From Candidatus Latescibacterota bacterium (lineage in GTDB: Bacteria; Latescibacterota; UBA2968; GCA-2709665), in assembly GCA_965219995.1 (NCBI GenBank), contig CBDCOX010000002.1, positions 1,920,001 to 1,984,000 of the forward strand: 64,000 nucleotides of DNA, read 5' to 3'. The position numbers and the translations under genes were made by a program. Shown here one piece after another: positions 50,281 to 59,542 of the stretch. Under the pieces are notes generated by a model, which had not been told where the DNA came from, did not search any database, and saw only the letters and a program-made list of their open reading frames with translations. The first letter of the stretch is position 1. Every line of letters begins with the position of its first letter.

Positions 50281-53200
50281 CTACGCCACAATCCTGACGC
50301 GATCGCCAACGGCCGTTGAATACACTTCAAATGATTCGCCGATAACCTTCGAAAAATCAAATGCTTCCTCTACAACAAAGGTCGTTCGCCCGCGCATCCT
50401 GCGAATCGTAAACACGTGGTTCCCGATTCTCAACCGGCATCCGGGATATGCACCGCCCTTCGGATGATCCACGGTGCTTTCGAATCTGGATCGCTTCCCG
50501 GATGCCACCTTGCCCCTGCCTCTGACGAACCTGGGCATGTCCGCCAGGAAGACACGGCTGCCGCCACCCTCACGCTCTATTCGCCGCACCCGATACACCG
50601 TTTCAAGCGTTGACGGATGCCGGACGTAGACCACCTTTCCGTCAAGCGATCCATCCTCAGGCAACGCGACGTCCAGCACCATTTCGCTCCGCCCCGGTGC
50701 ACCGGAAATGTCTCCCGCCAGTTCCGTGACGACCCCTTTGTAGTCGGAAATCCTCTGAACTTCCGATTCGCCGACCCTTAACCGCGACCCTTCAATCACA
50801 TCGAGATCGAGGTTTGCGGAGGTCTCGCTCGCCACGCCCGCCCGTCCCCTGAGTTCAAATCGCCTGCCGTCCGGCAGGGTCGTAACCAACCCCACGCCCC
50901 GGGGATCGATCGCGATTGTCCGGTCCCGGTCTCGTTCATTCACCTGCAGCACAACGCCGGACCCATTCCGCGCCACCAGGTTCGCACCCCGAACGAAACT
51001 CTCGCCGGTATGCGCTTCAATGACTGCGACGAACAGGCTCGTTTCGCCTCGTTGCCGCAGGCAGACTGTACGCATCCAGAAATCGTCCAACTTGCCGTCG
51101 TCCTCCCGCGTCCGTCGGATGGAAGGTGCGTCGCTGATCAGCAATCGCCCCGCTTGCACGCCCAGAAACCTGACGTCCACCTGCGCGCCTCCACCCTCGA
51201 ACCGCACGTTGAAATCTCCGGACACATCCGCAGCGCGCGTGCGTTTCAGATATCCGAAAAGGGCGCCGTCCGTCCCGTCTCCGCGCAGAATCATCTCCGC
51301 TTCAGCGGCTCGCAGTCCTACTTCTGTGGAAATCGTCTGGTCGAAGTCGGCCGATCCGTGCAGCAGATAGTCGTGCACGTCACCGCCTTCCACCTCGAAC
51401 AGGTCCACCACGTACCCGCTATCGGGCCCCGTTGGGACGAGCATCATCGATCGTCGATACACGGTCGTATTCCCGAAGGCTCCCGCTGCTTCCGCGCAAA
51501 CGAATCCAACGCGCGTACGGGAAGCCGGGCGATAACTGAGCAGCCGCCCGCTTTCTCTGGTCTGCTCCCGTCCGTCGACGACCACGGTATTGTGGCTGCC
51601 GACCGTCGTCGCCCACTCCCGGTAACGGGTATGCGTGTACCCGATGTCCGACAGCAGTTCCTGACCGAACATATCCAGGCCCATCGCGAGGGTGTCGTAA
51701 TGGTGATGTCCGCCCCACGGACCGTAACCCAGCGTCGCGCGCACGGCTTCCTTCGATCGTCCCACGCCCAGGATCACGTCGCCGGCCGCCGGCAACAGAT
51801 AATTCGCGGGCACAAGCGCGAGCAGATCGTCGTCCGTGACGCGCCGGTCGGCTTCCGACGTCCGTCGAAAGAGCGCGTGCTCGACGTCGGCGACTGGAAT
51901 GCGGGAGGTGCCTCTGATTTCATCCGCTGCTTCCACGAATTTGCCCATAGACGCAATCTGACTGGAAACACGTGCGAAACCGGTACTCAGCGCCCACGTG
52001 TCATTGGCCATGAACGTGCGTCCGTCCGGCATGAACAATCCCAGCGGCGCCGTATAGACTCGCTCCAGAAACGGCATCTCTCCGTAAACGTCGATTCCGC
52101 CTGGCCCACTGATGACATCAGGCACACGAAGGGTCCCGCTTGTAATCATATTGAAGTAGTTGAGGGTATTCTCGTGCCAGTACCCGTCGTAATAATAGCA
52201 GTTATCGATCAACGTACGGTACAGGCTGTACGATCTGCTTACGAAATCCGTTTCGTCGAGAGCCCTTCCCACGAGCGCCATCCCGTTGATCCGCCCCCCG
52301 TCGTAATTGGTCGAGCCATGGGGAATCTCCAGTGTGTGCCGGATTGCCTCGTACAGCAGATCACGCTCGATGGCCTCGCGCACGTCCCGCCCCTCGGATT
52401 CAGACAGACTTTCGATGGCGCCGCTGTCGGAAATCAGGTCGTAAACCTGAGCCAGCCGGAACGCGTTGTACGCGTCCGAAAAGGGGCTGGCATGAAAATT
52501 GCCCATTCTGGCGGAAACGAACGGAAAGGGCGGATCCTTGTAGAAGTGGTTCTCGTAGAATCCCTTCCGATCGGCGTGCAGATACGACACGCCCAGTCCG
52601 TGCACGGGATAGTTCTTGTAGACTTCCGAAAGCCGATCCAGGATCACCGCCGCTTTGTGTGCATACGCCATTTCGCCGGTCAGCACATAGGCGATCGACA
52701 GGGGATCCGCCATCCGGACCACCTGGTATTGCGTGTAATTCAGCAGCATATTCTCGAAAAAGTACCGCATCCCCTCTTCATCCTCCCAATACCGGTATCG
52801 CACCGTCCCACCGGCAGGACCGATCACCTCGATCTCTCCCACCTGCTGGTGTTCCGGTCCCGGGAACACGCTCCCGCAAATCTTGCACCGAACTCGGTAC
52901 GGATCCTTCGGCGACCATTCCCAGAAATGGATCCGCCAACTCCTCTTTCTCCGGTCCACGGGACATCGCGGGAGCGGAAAGTTGACCTGGTCTGAAATAC
53001 CGGCACGAATCTGCGCGTCGGGCATTTCGAGAATCTTGCGGTTGGCGATCCACCTCAATTGCCCGTCTCTGAACCGCCTGGCCCATTCGTGCGATTCCAC
53101 CCGCCTGCGCGCCCGCTCGATCTGATCCGGAGTATAGAAGAGCGGGTGTTCCACCCCTCTGGGAAACGGTCGTTCGCCTTCCCAGTACCTCTTTTCCCTT

Positions 53201-53328
53201 GAACAGTCGATTCGCTCGATTCCCATATCATTCCTCCACAACGCCCGATCGCATCCCGCCGCAAGAACCACGGCGCCCAGGCCGGCGTCCCGCAAAAACT
53301 CCCGTCTCGTGAGTAAATGCTCTGACAT
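50281..53328 (-). CDS. Tat-exported heparinase II/III-like polysaccharide lyase
   Basis: TRREFLR Tat motif with LAAGC; DGYWHE, GHHHYD, DIGY, HNTVVVDG, DLFEVEGG..HDYLLH. Confidence 0.82.
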   Translation of the reverse strand: MSEHLLTRREFLRDAGLGAVVLAAGCDRALWRNDMGIERIDCSREKRYWEGERPFPRGVEHPLFYTPDQIERARRRVESHEWARRFRDGQLRWIANRKILEMPDAQIRAGISDQVNFPLPRCPVDRRKRSWRIHFWEWSPKDPYRVRCKICGSVFPGPEHQQVGEIEVIGPAGGTVRYRYWEDEEGMRYFFENMLLNYTQYQVVRMADPLSIAYVLTGEMAYAHKAAVILDRLSEVYKNYPVHGLGVSYLHADRKGFYENHFYKDPPFPFVSARMGNFHASPFSDAYNAFRLAQVYDLISDSGAIESLSESEGRDVREAIERDLLYEAIRHTLEIPHGSTNYDGGRINGMALVGRALDETDFVSRSYSLYRTLIDNCYYYDGYWHENTLNYFNMITSGTLRVPDVISGPGGIDVYGEMPFLERVYTAPLGLFMPDGRTFMANDTWALSTGFARVSSQIASMGKFVEAADEIRGTSRIPVADVEHALFRRTSEADRRVTDDDLLALVPANYLLPAAGDVILGVGRSKEAVRATLGYGPWGGHHHYDTLAMGLDMFGQELLSDIGYTHTRYREWATTVGSHNTVVVDGREQTRESGRLLSYRPASRTRVGFVCAEAAGAFGNTTVYRRSMMLVPTGPDSGYVVDLFEVEGGDVHDYLLHGSADFDQTISTEVGLRAAEAEMILRGDGTDGALFGYLKRTRAADVSGDFNVRFEGGGAQVDVRFLGVQAGRLLISDAPSIRRTREDDGKLDDFWMRTVCLRQRGETSLFVAVIEAHTGESFVRGANLVARNGSGVVLQVNERDRDRTIAIDPRGVGLVTTLPDGRRFELRGRAGVASETSANLDLDVIEGSRLRVGESEVQRISDYKGVVTELAGDISGAPGRSEMVLDVALPEDGSLDGKVVYVRHPSTLETVYRVRRIEREGGGSRVFLADMPRFVRGRGKVASGKRSRFESTVDHPKGGAYPGCRLRIGNHVFTIRRMRGRTTFVVEEAFDFSKVIGESFEVYSTAVGDRVRIVA

Positions 53329-53603
53329 CTGGCGCACCCGTAAACGCACGGCCCTGCAGGAGCCGTATCACTCATCATCTAACTTACGAATTCCATTGGG
53401 CGTTCGACGATGGGCGACGTCCCGAAATAAGACGCCGGGAGAATGTCCCGTGTTGCGGACTCCCCCGGCCGGATCGTGTGTTCCAGCGGGAATACCGCCC
53501 TGCTGCGGAAATATACGCCGGCCACGTATCGAAGTCCAGGCACACCGTGAAGCCGGTTTGAGCTCGTGGCGTCGAACGCTATCCGAAAAAACGATCGCAA
53601 CCC

Positions 53604-53647
53604 TTGACATTTCCTAATCAATTCGTCATATTACTAATAATATAGTA
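53604..53647 (+). promoter_or_regulatory. Promoter with BlaI-type operator
   Basis: TTGACA-17-CATATT followed by the palindrome TACTA-N6-TAGTA (53632-53647). Confidence 0.75.
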
Positions 53648-53776
53648 GCACGCGGCAGGAAAAATCGCCGGCAACGCTTGGACATCCAACGGCCGCGCGC
53701 TGTTCACCGAGCACGCAAGCGAATCCGTCAGATTGCTTGAAATCCGGAAATCAGGCAAAGACGAAAGGAGACTGAG

Positions 53777-54175
53777 ATGGCGAAGAAAAGACGATTGGCC
53801 GAAGCGGAATGGGAGGTGATGGACGGCGTCTGGCAATTCGGTCGCCGGGTTACCGTTCGCGAGGTTGTGGATCACCTCTATCCCAACGGCGAGAAGGCCT
53901 ATACGACGGTTCAGACGATCATGAATATTCTGACTGCAAAGGGCGTACTTGACCGGGAGAAGATCGGTCCCGTCAATGTGTACAGACCCGCGCTGTCGCG
54001 GCAGGACGTCGCCCAGGCCGAAACGCGAAACCTGGTATCGCGCATGTTCGAGGGTTCCTTCGGCGCCCTGGCGACCTATCTCGTGGATTCGGGCGAACTC
54101 TCGAAGAAGGAGCTCGATGAATTGCGGGCACTGATCGAGGAAAGAGAAAAGGCGAAGGAAGGAGGCCCGACGTGA
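53777..54175 (+). CDS. blaI: BlaI/MecI/CopY family repressor
   Basis: LAEAEWEVM..VW, AYTTVQT, L..KG, FEGS...L, LS.KELDEL. Confidence 0.93.
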   Translation: MAKKRRLAEAEWEVMDGVWQFGRRVTVREVVDHLYPNGEKAYTTVQTIMNILTAKGVLDREKIGPVNVYRPALSRQDVAQAETRNLVSRMFEGSFGALATYLVDSGELSKKELDELRALIEEREKAKEGGPT

Positions 54176-56373
54176 ACACGTTCATACATCTGGCGGAAGC
54201 GTGGTGGCCGCTCTATGCCGTGCACATGGTCGAAATCTCGTTCTTCATTGTTCTTGTGTGGTCCGTCGACCGGTGGTTGGCGCTGGATTCACGGTTGAGA
54301 TACGCGCTCTATCTGCTGGCCCTCGCGAAGGTGTTTGTACCGCCGGTACTCGCCATCCCGATACCCGCGTTTCTGGTTTCTCCGGCAGGTGTCGCAGTGG
54401 ACGCAACCGCTTATTTCGGAGCGGTATCTGAAGCCGTCGCTGTCTCTCCCGAACCTGCAGCCACGCTTCCGCCGGCGTTCTATTTGTTCTGTCTGTGGAT
54501 TCTCTCGGTCCTGGCCTGGACGGGCGCGGCGCTGTGGAAAAACGCGGCCTTTCGTCGAGCGCTGAAGCCGGCAAGCCCGGTGGACCTGGCAAGCGAGATC
54601 GCGTCACTGAACGCACCCGAGACCTTGAGAGTGTATTCCAGGGCAACCCTGCCTTCTCCCATTCTGGTGGGCCTGCGGAGACCGCGGTTGTTCCTGCCCT
54701 CGAAGTGGTCTTCGTGGTCGTCTGAAGAACTGCGAGGCGTCTTGAAGCACGAACTGGCGCACCATGAACGGCGTGACATCTACGTGCTGATTCTGCAGGC
54801 CCTGGCAACGGCGCTGTTTGGCGCAAATCCGTTCATCTGGCTGTTGAACCGCAGGTTGGCGTACCTGCGCGAATTGCGCTGTGACGAAGCGGTGCTGCGT
54901 GAGACGAATCTGACACCGGCCGATTACGGGCGCCTGTTGCTGGGCTTTGTCGACAAGCGGTCCTCCCCGGGGCCGCTGACCGTATTTTTCACCGAGCGTG
55001 GAACGACACTGAAGAAGCGGCTGGAGCACATCCTCAACTACAAGGCGGGCAATATGAACCGGTCAAAGCGGCAGTTTGTAACGCTAATACTCGTCGGCCT
55101 GATGATGGTGCCGCTCTCGATCCGTGAAGCGTATACACAGAATGACGTCTCAAAGTCGGCCACAAACGTCAAGGTGGCGAAAATTGAACACGTACAGCGT
55201 ACCGCGCCCACGGGTACGGGCAACATCGACTCTGTTTCGGTTGGAGTCCCAACCGCCGACGAGGCTGAAGTGGAAACGAAGCCCGTTACGATTTCGCAGA
55301 TCAAGAGTTCAGTTATTGTTCAGGATGCTTTTATGCAATTCGTGAATTCTCGTACCGCACCTGATACAGGGTTCACCGCCACGGTAACCTTGAACGTACG
55401 GGCCGATCTATACGGCTCGGTGGAAGATGTGAAGGTTATGAACGTCGAAGGACCGGCAGGATTCAAAAACGCGGTAAAAGACGCCTTATCGCGAGTAAGA
55501 TTTGAACCAGAGAAACACGTTAGCGAAAATGCGTCGGTATGGTTTACCCAGCAAGTTTCATATCACTGGTATGGCACATCAATGCGCTCAAATCCGGGAA
55601 ATCTCCCCGCTGCCCCGGACACTGGCCTGATCGACGTTCTTGACATCGACCAGATCGAAACGAAACCCCATCCGATACATATTGTCGGCCTGGAGTATCC
55701 GGAAGAAGCAATCAAGACCAAAACAGAAGGAGTGGTTACACTGAGGCTTATCGTGAATGTCGACAGTTCGGTTAGCGACGTGAACGTATTGAACGGACCG
55801 GAGATATTTCACAAGGCCGCGACAGATGCGGTATTGCAATGGCGGTTCAGACCGGCAATGCATCGGGGCGAAATCGTCCGTGCATGGATCAAAATGCCAA
55901 TTGGATTTACCCTTAAACCAGAGGAGAAGGACAAGACGTCATCCGCAAAGACGACGGATCGCCTGATAATCGAAACACCGGACCCAACGTCCGCGCTGCC
56001 GCCGGACAGGAGCGCCTTTGAAGGTGCCAAGGTCTTTCGGTCTTTCGAGGTAGACGTAAAGCCGGTCAACCTGAACTTGCACGCTGTTCGGCCCAATTAT
56101 CCAGATTCGGCAAAGGAAACAGGATTAACGGGCAGCGTCTTTCTGAAATTCAAGATCAACGTGGATGGATCCGTGAGCGGCGTGCAGGTTCTGCGAGGCG
56201 ATGAGATATTTCGCAAGCCGGCGATCGAGACAGTTACACAATTTAGATTCACACCTGCTGAACTTGATGGCAAACCCGTCCCCGTTTGGATGACCCAGCG
56301 CATTGCGTTCGCGCTACCGAATAATCGGGACGAGACAGTTTCTGATACGAGTGATTCGGGTGGGAAAAATTAG
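54172..56373 (+). CDS. BlaR1-like M56 peptidase fused to three TonB C-terminal domains
   Basis: TM segments, KHELAH, NPFIW, RELRCD, LKKRL; then YP...A...G.V.L...V..DG.V and WRFRPA-type TonB_C repeats, the first degenerate. Confidence 0.9.
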   Translation: MNTFIHLAEAWWPLYAVHMVEISFFIVLVWSVDRWLALDSRLRYALYLLALAKVFVPPVLAIPIPAFLVSPAGVAVDATAYFGAVSEAVAVSPEPAATLPPAFYLFCLWILSVLAWTGAALWKNAAFRRALKPASPVDLASEIASLNAPETLRVYSRATLPSPILVGLRRPRLFLPSKWSSWSSEELRGVLKHELAHHERRDIYVLILQALATALFGANPFIWLLNRRLAYLRELRCDEAVLRETNLTPADYGRLLLGFVDKRSSPGPLTVFFTERGTTLKKRLEHILNYKAGNMNRSKRQFVTLILVGLMMVPLSIREAYTQNDVSKSATNVKVAKIEHVQRTAPTGTGNIDSVSVGVPTADEAEVETKPVTISQIKSSVIVQDAFMQFVNSRTAPDTGFTATVTLNVRADLYGSVEDVKVMNVEGPAGFKNAVKDALSRVRFEPEKHVSENASVWFTQQVSYHWYGTSMRSNPGNLPAAPDTGLIDVLDIDQIETKPHPIHIVGLEYPEEAIKTKTEGVVTLRLIVNVDSSVSDVNVLNGPEIFHKAATDAVLQWRFRPAMHRGEIVRAWIKMPIGFTLKPEEKDKTSSAKTTDRLIIETPDPTSALPPDRSAFEGAKVFRSFEVDVKPVNLNLHAVRPNYPDSAKETGLTGSVFLKFKINVDGSVSGVQVLRGDEIFRKPAIETVTQFRFTPAELDGKPVPVWMTQRIAFALPNNRDETVSDTSDSGGKN

Positions 56374-56587
56374 CAGAACACGGTCCGTTTTTTCACAGCA
56401 TCCATCGGTTTCCGGTGGAAAAAAGCGGTCGTGGTGCAGATGGCATTCATCCGGCACCTCGACCGCTTCGCAATACGGGCGACATTTAGACCTTGCCGAA
56501 TGGGAGGTGATGGACGGCGTAATGAAAGGCTTCTACGCAAAATGCGTCCTTGTTTCTTCATGCTGCCAACTAACGAAAGGCGTTGAG

Positions 56588-56700
56588 ATCCCCCCACCGC
56601 ATCAGCAATCGCCGGTCCTTCGACCCTTCACCAAACTCAGGAACCGCAGGCTAAGAGACCGGCTCGGCTTCTGCGACTCCCCCTCAAGGGGGGAGTGATT
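56588..56700. repeat. REP-like palindromic element
   Basis: Contains CCTTCGAC...CTCAGG and the terminal hairpin ACTCCCCCT-CA-AGGGGGGAGT; seen once in this window. Confidence 0.5.
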
Positions 56701-56720
56701 CGGATGTGCTGTCCGGCTAG

Positions 56721-57245
<525 letters not shown>

Positions 57246-57249
<4 letters not shown>

Positions 57250-58415
57250 ATATCCATCGTTGACAGCATCAGGTTGAGATAGACGTCTGCGCCTGCATTC
57301 AACTGGCTGAGATCGATCCACTCGTCTGCCGTGTGTCCCTGCGCAATGTCACCGGGCCCGAGCACAACCGCCGGGATGCCTGCACGGCTGAAGCTGCTGG
57401 CATCCGTACCATAGCCGACGCCGGTCAGGCCGTCCGGCAGCCCCGTCGATTTCAGCACGGAGGCCGCGAACGCGCCGAACGCTTCCCCGCCAACCGGGTC
57501 CAGCGGGCTATCCACCATATCGGGCGCCTCCTGAACGACCGTCAGGTGCGGGTTGCTCGCACGGAGTGCCTCCAGAATGCATTCGACCGACGGGATCACC
57601 GTGTCCGGGTCCTCGCCCGGCACCACGCGGCGGTCCACGTGGATCTCGCAATGCTCCGGGATGATGTTGATCTGGGTACCGCCCCAGATCATATTAATGC
57701 TGCACTGCGCCCGGCCCGTCAGAGGATGTTCTGACTTCAGCCTTGGGATGTATCGCTCTTCGAGCGCTGCGATCACCTCCATCATCATGCGAATGGCGGA
57801 CCGGCCACGGCCGGGGTCCGAAGAGTGTGCGGCCACACCCTCCGTCCGAATCCGCCAGCGCACCACCCCGTTGTGCGCAACCACGGCCCGAAGCCGTGTG
57901 GGCTCTCCAACGATCACACCCGTCGGCCGCCAGCCCAGACCCGGCAGTTGTGACGCCACAAACGTGCGGACACCCGTCTTCCCGATCTCCTCGTCCAGGG
58001 TAAACAGGATTGCCACGTTGTTCGGGCCGCCTCGCTTGCGGTATCGCGAAAGCGCGCAGAGCATCGCCGCGCCGGTTCCCTTCGTATCGCACGCGCCGCG
58101 ACCATACAACCTTCCGTCCACAATCCGTCCTGCGAACGGGTCCACCGTCATCTTGTCCACGCTTACCGTATCGAGGTGGCTTTCAAACAACAGCCACGGC
58201 GCCTGCCCGTCCACCTGGTGAGTGACGAGCAGATTGAACCCTTCGCCGGTCACCGGCAGCCTGCGCGTGTCCAGTCCCATCGACTTCGCCAGGTCATCCA
58301 GATACACCGACAGCGCCCGCTCCGCGTCCGGCTTCCCGGAAATCGCCGAATTTACGGTATCGAATCCAACCATCGCCTGAAGCAGGGACTCACATGTTTC
58401 GCGGGTCTCAGGCAC
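57246..58415 (-). CDS. M20/ArgE/DapE-family metallo-deacylase
   Basis: ESHLDTV, GRGACDTKG, DEE, GEPT, AHSS, GTDA, GPG..AQGH; GTG start after GGAG. Confidence 0.9.
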
Positions 58416-58428
58416 CTTGTCTCCGTGT

Positions 58429-59463
58429 CTATCGCCAGCGCTCCTCAAACACCGAGATTGCTGTTCGAGCCGCCAGCATGGACGTCTCCACGCGCTCCCT
58501 GTAGCCGCCCTTCATCGCCATACCCGTCTCAATCGTGAATGAGGGTCCGTACCTGTCCGCACCGTAATCGGCCAGGTTCAACCCTTCGCCGCGTTCCGCC
58601 GCGATCAGCCAGAGCACGCCGGGTTCGCCGGTCTCGAAGAACGGACCCGGTGCGTACCCCTGAGGCGCAAGCTGCGCTCCCGAATCGGCAACGGCCCGAA
58701 TCATTGAATCGGCCATTCGCTTTTCCCACAATTCGTCGTCTTCACTTCGCTGGTGCCGCGCCGAAAACCAGAATCCGTCGCCGCCATACTCGTGGAGATC
58801 CAGCGTAAGCCCCGGCTCTATCCTTGCCATCAGATCTCGCGCGCAACGGGACTCCACCGGCGCCCACGGCGAATCGTGAAACCGGTTGATGTGCAACACC
58901 TCCCCGTCCGGGCTGACAATCAGCGTATAGGCCCTCTGGCAGGGCGCCGTGCCTTCGCCCTCATCGCTGGATGGATAGAATATGCGTCGTCCGAACAGGG
59001 GTTCCAGGAATTCGGCGCCAACCTCGAATCGGCCGAGAAGACCCGTCGTCGAATACCCGTACTCGCCTATGATTGCAAGGACCGTCTCGTCCTCTTCGTA
59101 AAGCACCTCGCCCCTCGTCTTCAGAAGTGCCCGAACATCCTCGACCGACCCTACGTCCGGCTCCTCGCCCAGACTCAGGCTCAACGCGTACCCGTAGCCA
59201 TTCATCCCCATGGGATCGCGACTGGGAATCACGTAGACCTGGTGTTCGGTGTCCAATTCCTCCACAAGCCCGAGGGCCGACCCCACGCCCGCCTGTTCGG
59301 TCGAATGGCTGCCGGCACTGATGAATATCGCCGGCCGTTTTTCACCTCCCGTCTTGAGACATACCACCGGCGCACCGTCAGGCGCGCACCCGAGCACTTC
59401 CCGCTGAAAGCCCTTTCTCTCGACCCATTCAAGGAGATCCGCGTATCGATCGAAAATCCGCAT
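58429..59463 (-). CDS. M14-like zinc carboxypeptidase/deacylase
   Basis: HSTE (HxxE), NR, LDLHE, TIET. Confidence 0.75.
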   Translation of the reverse strand: MRIFDRYADLLEWVERKGFQREVLGCAPDGAPVVCLKTGGEKRPAIFISAGSHSTEQAGVGSALGLVEELDTEHQVYVIPSRDPMGMNGYGYALSLSLGEEPDVGSVEDVRALLKTRGEVLYEEDETVLAIIGEYGYSTTGLLGRFEVGAEFLEPLFGRRIFYPSSDEGEGTAPCQRAYTLIVSPDGEVLHINRFHDSPWAPVESRCARDLMARIEPGLTLDLHEYGGDGFWFSARHQRSEDDELWEKRMADSMIRAVADSGAQLAPQGYAPGPFFETGEPGVLWLIAAERGEGLNLADYGADRYGPSFTIETGMAMKGGYRERVETSMLAARTAISVFEERWR

Positions 59464-59542
59464 GAAATTCCTCCCGCATTTTGTACAGAAAAAGCCGATT
59501 TCCCGCATTCAATCGACGGTTTTTCGCGGGCACTCTCGCGAC

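Noticed and set aside
51010-52995. 661-aa plus-strand ORF
   Set aside because: Antisense shadow of the heparinase-like gene.
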